Shown here piece after piece: positions 7,449 through 14,754 of a stretch of DNA of 50,451 nt. The DNA comes from a virus (taxonomy: Duplodnaviria > Caudoviricetes). The notes under the pieces are model-generated. The model was not told the origin of the DNA and made no database searches. It saw only the letters and a list, made by a program, of their open reading frames with translations. Position 1 is the stretch's first letter, and each line of letters opens with the position of its first letter. The translations under genes were made by a program, and so were the position numbers. The stretch is taken from the IMG/VR virus record IMGVR_UViG_3300043418_000062, positions 1 through 50,451 of that record; one strand, given 5' to 3'.

Positions 7449-7946
7449 ATGAAGAAGAATAAAGATAGCGCACTGCTTGACAGTATTACCCTTTCTCGCA
7501 AGGTCGAGAAGATTGCGATTGCTGACGCTCGCCTCAAGGCTAGTGATTGGGTTCGTGAGCAGACCGAGGAAGAACATTCTAAGGTTCTTGACGCTGTGCG
7601 AGACGCACTGATTGCTGGCTACTCAGCACGACAGATTGGTATTGCCTATGGCTCGACTGACCCATATACAGCTAAACGCCTTGTAATGGAGGCACAGAAC
7701 AGCAGTAGCAAGTCATTCGTTGAGGCTATGGAAAACCACCCAGAGTGGCTTGTAGAGGTTCACGACACCGACCGCTTCACTATCAAGGCTTTCGCTCTAG
7801 GTGAGCAGAAGTTGTCGGGTGAGGGTCTATTCACAGTTGATGAAGACGGCGAGAACTTTACGCAGATTGACGGAGATAGTTTCATTCAGGTTCAGATGTA
7901 TCGTCTAGGACTTGTTGAGCAGGTATTGGAGGAGGTTCGTGGATAA
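7449..7946 (+). CDS. Hypothetical protein, possible HTH DNA-binding
   Basis: ALIAGYSARQIGIAYG resembles an HTH. Confidence 0.55.
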   Translation: MKKNKDSALLDSITLSRKVEKIAIADARLKASDWVREQTEEEHSKVLDAVRDALIAGYSARQIGIAYGSTDPYTAKRLVMEAQNSSSKSFVEAMENHPEWLVEVHDTDRFTIKAFALGEQKLSGEGLFTVDEDGENFTQIDGDSFIQVQMYRLGLVEQVLEEVRG

Positions 7947-8184
7947 TGAAGAACTTGAAGAACTTATGGAAGCAACTGCTTCGGTCGCTGATTACTTTAG
8001 CGACATCACTGGTAGCAGTATTTATGTGGGCGCTGATGTTGGTGGCGATGTCTGGATTAGTAGCAATAGAACTAATGGCAAAGAGTATCTTGAGAGCCTT
8101 CAAGAAGCCGAGCGCAGACTAGAACTGCTTTATAGTGAACACTTTGATGATGACGACACTGACCCTTATGGAGGATTAATTTGA
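7939..8184 (+). CDS. Acidic hypothetical protein
   Basis: GTG start after GGAGG, overlapping the previous stop. Confidence 0.6.
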   Translation: MDNEELEELMEATASVADYFSDITGSSIYVGADVGGDVWISSNRTNGKEYLESLQEAERRLELLYSEHFDDDDTDPYGGLI

Positions 8185-9548
8185 GACCAAAACTATCTAA
8201 ACTAACGCTAGAGACAGAGCAAGAGAAAGCGGTTGCTCGTATCGTAGCAGAACCAACTCGCTCTGCCTTGAACGCAAGTTTGATGGGAACTGGTAAGACG
8301 CTTATGGGCGTTGAGGTTGTCAAGAGGCTGGGAGCTAAGACTGTGCTAATCATTGGCCCACTAAACACCTACTGGGGCTGGTGGGACACCATTCAGCGAC
8401 AGACTGAGTATGGCTCAGATATCTCTCGTATCAACTCAAGCAAAGAAGGCAAGGAAGCGTATCAGCAACTAGCCTCAGGCAAGTCTGGCTGGTATTTTGT
8501 CGGTCGTGAGTATTTTAGAACACTAGACTGGACTAAGATTGTTCCTGACGCTGTGCTAGTTGATGAGTGCCACTTTGCTCAGAACCGAGCTAGTAAGTCG
8601 TTCAAGGTGCTAAAGACGCTGAACGCTGGCTTCAAGTTATCAATGTCAGGAACTCCGTCTGGCAACCGCTTCGAGGGTTTCTGGGCTGTGTCTCGTTTCC
8701 TATGGAAAGACACTAACATTATTGATAAGTCATATTGGAAGTGGGTTGAGAAGTGGTGTCGAACCGGCTACTCGCCTTTTAGCCAAGTTGAAATTCTTGG
8801 TGAGCGTAATTCAGGTGCGTTTGTAAACTCGCTACCTTGCTATGTTCGCCTTGAGACCAATCACAATCTTGAGGTTGTCGAAGAGACTCGCTATGTAGAC
8901 CTAGTGCCAGCACAGAGAAAGATTTATGAGAAGTTTCAGCGAGACCTCGTTGTCTGGCTGGGTGAGAACCCAATGGTTGCTGAAGTGCCTATCGCGGCTC
9001 GTATTCGACTACGACAGATGACCTTAGCTGTGCCTAGTATTACCGATGAAGGTGAAGTTATCTTTGAGCAAGATGCTAAGTCTACTAAGTTTCAGGCGCT
9101 TCAAGAGATTATCGAAGATAATCCAAATGATGCTATGTTGCTATTGACAGATAGCCAAAAGTATGCTAAACTCGTCACAGATAGATTGAACGCAAGCAAG
9201 ACAACTCCGGTTGCTTTTGAGTGGTCGGGCAAGGCAAGCCAAGCTAATCGCGAGATTGCCAAGCAGGCTTTTCTAAAGCGAGACCTGAAGTATATCGTAG
9301 CGGTTATCCCAGCTATTGCTGAAGGTGTAGACGGACTACAAGATGCATGTTCGACTATCGTGTGGCTATCTCACTCAGATAGTAACCTTATGAACCAGCA
9401 GGTTGTTGAGCGTATCCGTCGTCGTGGCCAGAAAGATGTTGTAAAGATTTATGACATCGTGGCTCGTGATACTTACGATGAGGGCCAGCTATCAACGCTA
9501 CTACAGAGACAATTGGAGATGAACGCAAGTCTAAAGAAAGAGGTTTAG
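8181..9548 (+). CDS. Superfamily 2 (SNF2-like) DNA helicase
   Basis: MGTGKT Walker A, DECH, SGTP, EGVDGLQ and QVVERIRRRGQ motifs. Confidence 0.9.
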   Translation: MRPKLSKLTLETEQEKAVARIVAEPTRSALNASLMGTGKTLMGVEVVKRLGAKTVLIIGPLNTYWGWWDTIQRQTEYGSDISRINSSKEGKEAYQQLASGKSGWYFVGREYFRTLDWTKIVPDAVLVDECHFAQNRASKSFKVLKTLNAGFKLSMSGTPSGNRFEGFWAVSRFLWKDTNIIDKSYWKWVEKWCRTGYSPFSQVEILGERNSGAFVNSLPCYVRLETNHNLEVVEETRYVDLVPAQRKIYEKFQRDLVVWLGENPMVAEVPIAARIRLRQMTLAVPSITDEGEVIFEQDAKSTKFQALQEIIEDNPNDAMLLLTDSQKYAKLVTDRLNASKTTPVAFEWSGKASQANREIAKQAFLKRDLKYIVAVIPAIAEGVDGLQDACSTIVWLSHSDSNLMNQQVVERIRRRGQKDVVKIYDIVARDTYDEGQLSTLLQRQLEMNASLKKEV

Positions 9549-9549
9549 T

Positions 9550-9783
9550 ATGGAGATTATGGAATACATTGTGACATATACTTGTATGGCACTTATCCTT
9601 GGCCCTGTTGCCTATGGAGTATTCGTGATAGCACTAGCACCGCTTGCCGCTTTCTTTGCTTCGCCAAGCACAGCTACCACCAGCAAGCCTGCTGTGAACC
9701 GCAACAACAGGGTTTACGGACAGCCTAACGCAAAGTCTTACATTCGCGTAAGAACACACGCCTACGACTACGACGAGGACTAA
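9550..9783 (+). CDS. Small membrane protein
   Basis: Hydrophobic N-terminal half. Confidence 0.65.
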   Translation: MEIMEYIVTYTCMALILGPVAYGVFVIALAPLAAFFASPSTATTSKPAVNRNNRVYGQPNAKSYIRVRTHAYDYDED

Positions 9784-9810
9784 TGAGCAAGATGAATGAA
9801 CAGTGGCTAG

Positions 9811-10116
9811 ATGAGCAATATAACTGGCCAGCAATCGGAGAACTTAAGGAGAGTAATGAACGAGAATAATGTGCAAGCAATCAATGAATATATGGACTGG
9901 TTGCGAGACAAGCGGATGCATCCACCGACAGGCTCGCCTGAAGAGTGGCTTGAGGAACAGCTGAACACAGACGCACGAAAGCGACTAAACCTGCTATCTG
10001 ACTACTTGCTAAACCTTGATGAGTTGCTTGATAGCGACTACTCAGAGGTGCTAGTAAAAATCCATTCTTTTGTATTTGACCCATTGGAGGTAATTGAAGA
10101 TGACCCAGGAGTATAA
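9811..10116 (+). CDS. Hypothetical protein
   Basis: ORF in operon; start uncertain. Confidence 0.65.
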   Translation: MSNITGQQSENLRRVMNENNVQAINEYMDWLRDKRMHPPTGSPEEWLEEQLNTDARKRLNLLSDYLLNLDELLDSDYSEVLVKIHSFVFDPLEVIEDDPGV

Positions 10117-10639
10117 CAAGGTAGTTGATTACTACCCAGTTGTGAATGATAACGACATTGAAGCTGGATATAAAAAACTGGCCGAAGACCCAGAAATGAA
10201 TGAAAGACGGAAGACTGCTCGTATCAATCCTGACTCTATCCCTGTGCTTGGAACGGCAGTTGTGCTTGTCACAATCTTGATGGTCTCATCATTCGCTGTT
10301 TCATTCAGTGGCATCTATGAGGTGTCAGCGTGGACTGGTATTCCTAAGTTCATTCAATGGCTACCTGCGCTATTTATCGATGCTGCAATTCTGGCATATA
10401 CTATCTCACTTATCGTGTTTAAAGCTCGTGGTGAATCGACTTGGAGGACACTACTTGGGCTATCTGGTTTCGCTTTGGTATCTATCTTTGCTAACGCTAC
10501 TCACACAATCGCTTATTGGGATGGGTCTTTGGCCGATTACCGCGCTTGGATGGGCGTTGTTATTACTGCCTCTGCTCCAATTGCTGTCCTACTTGCTTCA
10601 GAAGAGATTACGCGATTGGCTTTCAAGGGAGAGAACTAA
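10094..10639 (+). CDS. Four-TM membrane protein, DUF2637-like
   Basis: FAVSF...WLPALFID...SIFANATH...APIAVLL pattern. Confidence 0.65.
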   Translation: MKMTQEYNKVVDYYPVVNDNDIEAGYKKLAEDPEMNERRKTARINPDSIPVLGTAVVLVTILMVSSFAVSFSGIYEVSAWTGIPKFIQWLPALFIDAAILAYTISLIVFKARGESTWRTLLGLSGFALVSIFANATHTIAYWDGSLADYRAWMGVVITASAPIAVLLASEEITRLAFKGEN

Positions 10640-10977
10640 TGAGTAAGCCTTTTGGCATGGCATGGCCAGTTGATATGACAAATGATGTGACACTAAATCA
10701 GTTTCGCCCTTATAAAGATTCAGATGAAACTCACTATTGGATTGACATTCATGGGGGCAAGGTTCCCCTTACAAAGGAACAGTTTATAGCGATGCACGAT
10801 GCAAGGATTCAACTTTGGGATAAGGCTACCGAGTATGCTGAGGACCGCATTATCAAACTGCTAGAGGATGCTCAAGTAACTGAAGCAGAACTTTTTGATG
10901 GCAGAACTATCAAAGTCAAATCTCAATCAGTCAGGGCCGACCTTCTTATTGAACTTATCAAGGGAGAGAACAAGTGA
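10639..10977 (+). CDS. Hypothetical protein
   Basis: Start MSKPF by TAATG coupling. Confidence 0.65.
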   Translation: MSKPFGMAWPVDMTNDVTLNQFRPYKDSDETHYWIDIHGGKVPLTKEQFIAMHDARIQLWDKATEYAEDRIIKLLEDAQVTEAELFDGRTIKVKSQSVRADLLIELIKGENK

Positions 10978-11171
10978 GTAAACCTGATTGGGCTGAACGC
11001 TTACAGAGGACATTTAAACGTAAGTATCAGCAAGGTTATCAAGATGGCTGGAACGAGGCTACACAAGCCTACAAAGGCTATTTAGTAATGACACCAGCAC
11101 TACTCGAAGACTACAAGCGACAGGCTCGCAAGGAGGAATATGACAGACTACAAATTCAAAAAGAAACCTAG
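10974..11171 (+). CDS. Hypothetical protein
   Basis: Coupled ORF. Confidence 0.6.
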   Translation: MSKPDWAERLQRTFKRKYQQGYQDGWNEATQAYKGYLVMTPALLEDYKRQARKEEYDRLQIQKET

Positions 11172-11628
11172 AGGCACACACTGCTCTAAGGGTCACGAAT
11201 TCACAGATGACAACACATTCATCCGAGCATATGACAACGCTCGTGTATGTCGTGAGTGTCGCAAGCAGTATGCTAGAGAGAAGTATCAGCGCAACAAGGA
11301 TAAGAACGGTGGAGTTGCTCGACCTCGCAAGGATAAAATCCAGATGTTTGAGCTATCCGAATCTATACCAGTGCTTGACAAAGCAGAGAAAGCGTGGTAT
11401 GATTTACAGGCAGGACTTGCAGAAAACAAGACACCTTGCCTTGGTAAAGCAGAAGATTACGCTGACTATTCATCATTCAAGTCTGCTGATGAAGCAGAAG
11501 AGATGTGTTATGGATGTCCACTAATCAAGCAGTGCTACGACTTCGCTGTGCTTAATGAAGTCAATGCTGGTATCTGGGGAGGAATTGTTATGGATGAGGG
11601 AGGAAGTGTTTTATTTGACGTTATCTGA
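11140..11628 (+). CDS. whiB: WhiB-like Fe-S transcription factor fused to an N-terminal Cys/His zinc-binding module
   Basis: C-x22-CxxC-x5-C plus GIWGG; N-terminal THCSKGH...NT...CRECR. Confidence 0.8.
   Translation: MTDYKFKKKPRGTHCSKGHEFTDDNTFIRAYDNARVCRECRKQYAREKYQRNKDKNGGVARPRKDKIQMFELSESIPVLDKAEKAWYDLQAGLAENKTPCLGKAEDYADYSSFKSADEAEEMCYGCPLIKQCYDFAVLNEVNAGIWGGIVMDEGGSVLFDVI
11375..11403 (+). promoter_or_regulatory. Internal sigma-A-type promoter
   Basis: TTGACA-17 nt-TATGAT with TG extension. Confidence 0.65.
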
Positions 11629-12316
11629 TGCACAAGTAAAGCAGATGGTTGTAGACCTATTTCTACAGAAGTCTGAAAGAGATAAGCAACACAAGGTCGG
11701 AGCGTCAAATATCTCAGACCCATGCACGAGACACTTGGCTCACGCATTACTTGGAACTCCGGAAGCGGAGCAAAAGTATTGGATGGGTGGCAAGATTGGA
11801 ACGGCTATTCACAGTTTCCTTGAGGATGCTATCGAGAAAAGTAATGACAGTCTTCTTGATGGCGCAATTGTTGAGCAGAAGATTGAATTAGGTCACATCA
11901 AAGGTTATGGCGATGTATCAAGCAAGCCAGACCTTGTGCTACCTAATGCACGTCACTTGCTAGACTGGAAAACATCTAGCCGAGCTAAGGTCAAGAAGAT
12001 GCAGAACTTAACTCACGGACTGAAGAACTATCCAGACTCAGCCTACACGCTGAAGAAATATATCGGCCAGGCTCAGTTATACGCTTGGGGACTAAACAAC
12101 TCAGGCATCCCAATTGACCGAACTACTTTGGTGTTTCTAAATCGAGATGGCACTAATGCCAATGACATCTGGACTTACTCTGTGGATTACAGTGAAGAAA
12201 TAGCGCTTGCGCTGTGGAATCGAGTTAGTAATCTATGGGCCGAGTTAGAGAGTGGTGCTCATCCTGACAGCTACACCGCAACCGAGCACTGCTACAAATG
12301 CTCTGTTGGAATTTAA
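11555..12316 (+). CDS. Cas4/RecB-like PD-(D/E)XK exonuclease
   Basis: GASNISDPC, GTAIH, PD...DWKT, QAQLY and C-terminal CYKC; true start probably near 11606-11615. Confidence 0.85.
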   Translation: MKSMLVSGEELLWMREEVFYLTLSDAQVKQMVVDLFLQKSERDKQHKVGASNISDPCTRHLAHALLGTPEAEQKYWMGGKIGTAIHSFLEDAIEKSNDSLLDGAIVEQKIELGHIKGYGDVSSKPDLVLPNARHLLDWKTSSRAKVKKMQNLTHGLKNYPDSAYTLKKYIGQAQLYAWGLNNSGIPIDRTTLVFLNRDGTNANDIWTYSVDYSEEIALALWNRVSNLWAELESGAHPDSYTATEHCYKCSVGI

Positions 12317-12340
12317 CGACACGCCGATAAACGCACATAT

Positions 12341-12369
12341 TTGACTACAAGAATCATATGTGTTATAAT
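12341..12369 (+). promoter_or_regulatory. Sigma-A-type promoter with upstream CGACACGCC motif
   Basis: TTGACT-17 nt-TATAAT, TG extension; CGACACGCC at 12317-12325. Confidence 0.8.
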
Positions 12370-12401
12370 ATCTACTCAACAACAATTCTTTAGGAGGAAT
12401 A

Positions 12402-13130
12402 ATGAGTTCAGAATTTCCCGAACTAGCATTTGCTCAGTTCATTCACAAGGCAGAAGCCTTGAACGCACCGAAGAGCATCTTGCTTTACGGTGACGCAGGT
12501 CGAGGTAAGACTTGGCTTGCAGCATCAATCTCAGCAGTCGAGGAATACAATCCTGTACTACTAATTGACGTAGAGGGTGGCGCATCAGCTATCGCTCGTG
12601 ACTGGAAGAACGTAGACGTAATTAACATTACGACCCACGAGCAGTTCCAGTCTGTGATGGATGGTTTGCTAAACACTCCGCACAAGTACAAGACGGTAAT
12701 CATTGACACAATCGGTGTTGTGATGGACCGAGCAGAGAAGTTCTTTGGTGAGAAGCCGGAGAACAAGAGTAACAAGTTTGGTCGCTGGGGCGACCTAAAG
12801 AACTGGGCTAACGAGGTCTTCCGAGCGTTGCACACTGCATCGTTCGTAAGCATCCTGCTTGCCCACGCTCTTGATGACAAGGATGAAAACACTGGCGCAG
12901 TAAAGACAACAGCCATGCTTCCAGGTTCATTCAAGAGCACACTCCCTTCAATTCCAGACATCGTTGGATATCTTGGTGTAGAAAACACTGAAGAAGGTCC
13001 ACAGCGAGTTCTGGTCGTTGGACAGTCTGACCGATTGGTAACCAAGAACCGCTTTGGTTTGCCACCGAAGATTTACCAGCCAACCATGAAGGGCATCATC
13101 GACACTATCAATCAAGGAGGTAACAAATAA
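12402..13130 (+). CDS. AAA_24 / Sak4-like ssDNA-annealing ATPase
   Basis: YGDAGRGKT Walker A, IDVEGG, VIIDT, KNRFGLP; adjacent to nuclease and SSB. Confidence 0.85.
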   Translation: MSSEFPELAFAQFIHKAEALNAPKSILLYGDAGRGKTWLAASISAVEEYNPVLLIDVEGGASAIARDWKNVDVINITTHEQFQSVMDGLLNTPHKYKTVIIDTIGVVMDRAEKFFGEKPENKSNKFGRWGDLKNWANEVFRALHTASFVSILLAHALDDKDENTGAVKTTAMLPGSFKSTLPSIPDIVGYLGVENTEEGPQRVLVVGQSDRLVTKNRFGLPPKIYQPTMKGIIDTINQGGNK

Positions 13131-13615
13131 TGAGCAACATTCAGTTCAACATTTCACAGGAGGCGCTAGACGCTTCAGCATCATCAGACTACACCCCGAT
13201 TCCAGAGGGTAGCTACAACGCTACAATCTTTGAAATCAAGCAGGAGTTCGTGAAGTCTGGTCCAAACGAGGGTAAGCCTCGCTTTAACATCCAGTTCCGC
13301 CTATCAGATGCACCATACGCTAACCGTCGTGTATTTGGTTACGTTGCGTTGTATGCAGCAGGTGACTTCTGGAAGACCAAGGCGTTCTTCTCTGCTCTTG
13401 GTATCGACATGGCAGCTGGTACATTCACTGTGCCAGACGCTCAAGACCTACTAGGCAAGCCAATCGGTGTGCGTGTCAAGGTGGGGAAAGACCAGAACGG
13501 CGCTGACCGCAATGAGGTAGCAGGCTTTGATAAAGCCACCTCAGGCAGTGCCGCTGACGCAGTGATGGCATCGGTGGGCGCAACTCCGGTTGCCTCGTCA
13601 GGTAACGTCTGGTAA
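13130..13615 (+). CDS. Single-stranded DNA-binding protein (DUF669-like)
   Basis: YTPIPEGSYNATI...DLLGKPIGVRV...RNEVAGF pattern. Confidence 0.75.
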   Translation: MSNIQFNISQEALDASASSDYTPIPEGSYNATIFEIKQEFVKSGPNEGKPRFNIQFRLSDAPYANRRVFGYVALYAAGDFWKTKAFFSALGIDMAAGTFTVPDAQDLLGKPIGVRVKVGKDQNGADRNEVAGFDKATSGSAADAVMASVGATPVASSGNVW

Positions 13616-13629
13616 AAGTCCCAATGGGC

Positions 13630-13659
13630 AGTCCTGAGACATGACTTAAAACTGTCTCA
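13630..13659 (+). ncRNA. Small H-type pseudoknot motif, copy 3
   Basis: AGTC-CT-GAGAC-AT-GACT-TAAAACT-GTCTC. Confidence 0.65.
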
Positions 13660-13662
13660 CAA

Positions 13663-13737
13663 GCCCCTACTGGAGTTACACGCTTTTCTCTCTCCTCCTT
13701 TGTGTGTGTAGTCTGAGTTCGATTCTCAGCCGGGGCA
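13663..13737 (+). ncRNA. tRNA-like RNA with an anti-SD pyrimidine loop in place of the anticodon
   Basis: GCCCC/GGGGC-A acceptor; CTGAG-TTCGATT-CTCAG T arm; TACACGC/GTGTGTA stem with a 20-nt loop containing CTCCTCCTTT. Confidence 0.6.
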
Positions 13738-13772
13738 CGTTGTGGCAAAGCATGGTGTGTTATAATTATAAT

Positions 13773-14198
13773 ATGAGAAATGAATATTATAAAACATATA
13801 TGAAGAACCGCAGACTACAGCGAAGAACAATGCTTTTAGAGTTATCTGGTAATAAATGTTCAGTGTGTAGTTCTAGTGATAATCTAGAATTTAACCATAT
13901 TGATAGAGCTAGTAAATTATTTGTTCTTAGCGGTAAGGGTTTAGATAAAAAAATAAATGACATTCTACTTGAGCACAAAAAGTGTGAGCTACTATGCTCA
14001 AAATGCCATCTAGATAAAACTAGACATCAATATGCAACAAAGCAAATCAAAATCTGGAACGATAGAAAAGATGAGCCATATCTTCATGGTACAGCTCGTA
14101 ACTACCATGAAAATGCTTGTAGATGTGCTGATTGTAAATATGCAAAAAAATTATATAGAAATAAAGAAGTAGATTTATGGACTCAGGTTTATAAATAA
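13773..14198 (+). CDS. HNH homing endonuclease (AT-rich, probably leaderless)
   Basis: CSVC...LEFNHID...CELLCSKCH; C-terminal HGT..Y...CRCADC; TGT-TATAAT 6 nt before the ATG. Confidence 0.85.
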   Translation: MRNEYYKTYMKNRRLQRRTMLLELSGNKCSVCSSSDNLEFNHIDRASKLFVLSGKGLDKKINDILLEHKKCELLCSKCHLDKTRHQYATKQIKIWNDRKDEPYLHGTARNYHENACRCADCKYAKKLYRNKEVDLWTQVYK

Positions 14199-14204
14199 AC
14201 TCAT

Positions 14205-14279
14205 TCCTGAATAGCAATCTAGGCGAGTGCGCCGAGCTGTTAACTCGGAGATAGGTTGGTTCGAATCCAACTTCAGGAG
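14205..14279 (+). tRNA. tRNA-Asn (GTT)
   Basis: TCCTGAA/TTCAGGA acceptor; CCGAG-CTGTTAA-CTCGG anticodon arm; TTCGAAT T loop. Confidence 0.9.
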
Positions 14280-14651
14280 CAAGGGCAAGCCATGTCCCCT
14301 TAGCCTATCAACTTGTTGTATAGGTAATCATGGCAAAGGGATAGGCAGACCAGCCGGCTTTAGGTCTGAGGGGAAACAACCCCCGTCTGATTCCCATCAA
14401 GGGCTGAACTGCTTGAGCATCGTCAAGATAGCAGTGAGATGGTTTCCGTATGGTTGCCAAGGGTGCAATTCCTTATCAGCCCACAAACGGTATTGCTGCT
14501 CAATAGGTTCGCTAGAGCCTAACGATTACGGATACCGGACCTGTAACCCATTGCTGCGGCAGGTTACGGGTTACCCGCCTCTGGGCGCATGTCTGCGGTT
14601 CGTCACTGTTCAGCACCCCGTAAGGGCATAAGCCATGCGCCCAGAGTGCAC
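14280..14651 (+). ncRNA. Structured non-coding cassette between the two tRNAs
   Basis: Successive long stems, a possible pseudoknot and a tRNA-like element; no credible ORF. Confidence 0.55.
14401..14483 (+). ncRNA. tRNA-like element with non-canonical D and anticodon region
   Basis: GGGCTGA/TCAGCCC-A 7-bp acceptor; T-arm-like AGGG-TGCAATT-CCTT. Confidence 0.55.
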
Positions 14652-14724
14652 GCCACCTTAGCTCCAATGGTAGAGCGCCGCCTTTGTAACGCGGATGTTA
14701 TCGGTTCGAGTCCGATAGGTGGCT
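14652..14724 (+). tRNA. tRNA-Thr (TGT)
   Basis: GCCACCT/AGGTGGC acceptor; GCTC/GAGC D stem; TTTGTAA anticodon loop; TTCGAGT T loop. Confidence 0.9.
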
Positions 14725-14754
14725 CGGAGAGATACTAATAACGAAGGAGGATAT

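Noticed and set aside
11555-12316. Cas4-like gene as part of a CRISPR system
   Set aside because: No repeat-spacer array or other cas genes; it sits in the usual nuclease-Sak4-SSB recombination module
14283-14342. HDV-like (theta) ribozyme downstream of tRNA-Asn
   Set aside because: The position fits, but I could not place the short P3/L3, P1.1 and J4/2 elements; kept only as an unassigned pseudoknot
14401-14483. tmRNA
   Set aside because: Far too short, no G3-U70 pair and no tag reading frame
14227-14631. 134-aa ORF across the tRNA region
   Set aside because: Starts inside tRNA-Asn, has no RBS, and overlaps strongly structured sequence
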